From Leucoraja ocellata (lineage: Eukaryota), in assembly GCA_036785375.1 (NCBI GenBank), contig JAWMAR010001270.1:1-64000 (forward strand): 64,000 nt of DNA, written 5' to 3'. A program made the position numbers and the translations under genes. The notes beneath the pieces were generated by a model. The model was not told the DNA's origin. It saw nothing but the letters and a program-made list of their open reading frames with translations, and ran no database searches. Shown here piece after piece: positions 63,873 to 64,000 of this stretch. The first letter of the stretch is position 1. The number at the start of each line of letters is the position of its first letter.

Positions 63873-64000
63873 GTAAGTATCCCATGACGGAGAGAACGTA
63901 AGCTCTCTATAGTATAAATTATGCTCTCTAATGTGAATAACATCACATTTTATCGCTGGGTTAAAACTGGATGATTACTAATAACTGTATTTTATGTTAT

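Noticed and set aside
1-64000. Prokaryotic systems (CRISPR arrays, operons, retrons)
   Set aside because: The sequence is intron-containing vertebrate DNA. The repeats are interspersed retroelements, not regularly spaced repeat-spacer arrays.

Overview
Eukaryotic vertebrate genomic DNA, inferred to be from a cartilaginous fish (probably a skate/ray) from its repeat content: CR1 LINEs, HE1/V-SINE-like tRNA SINEs, Penelope-like fragments and a Rex1/Babar LINE. There is one 313-N assembly gap (32909-33221). Most long ORFs in the track are retroelement fragments. Between them, on the + strand, is a tandem cluster of four spliced immunoglobulin-superfamily receptor genes that I reconstructed by hand from GT/AG boundaries and intron phase. 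Their layout is a 55-nt leader exon, a 306-nt germline-joined VJ-type V exon (NKp30/antigen-receptor-like), a C1-set exon, TM exon(s) and a cytoplasmic tail. Gene A (2815-18057) has a neutral TM and two ITIM-like tyrosine motifs, so it looks inhibitory. Gene C (42777-50495) has an almost identical ectodomain but an Arg-bearing TM and no ITIM, so it looks activating. Gene B (24487-~30442) carries two alternative TM exons, one neutral and one with Arg, plus a tyrosine-less copy of the ITIM exon. Gene D (63306 onward) runs off the window. A's ectodomain block looks copied from C through breakpoints inside CR1 elements, with a 20-bp fold-back at the right junction. The main candidate discovery is a non-rearranging VJ-C1 paired activating/inhibitory receptor family. 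All exon models and family names are from manual reading and recall; no search was run.
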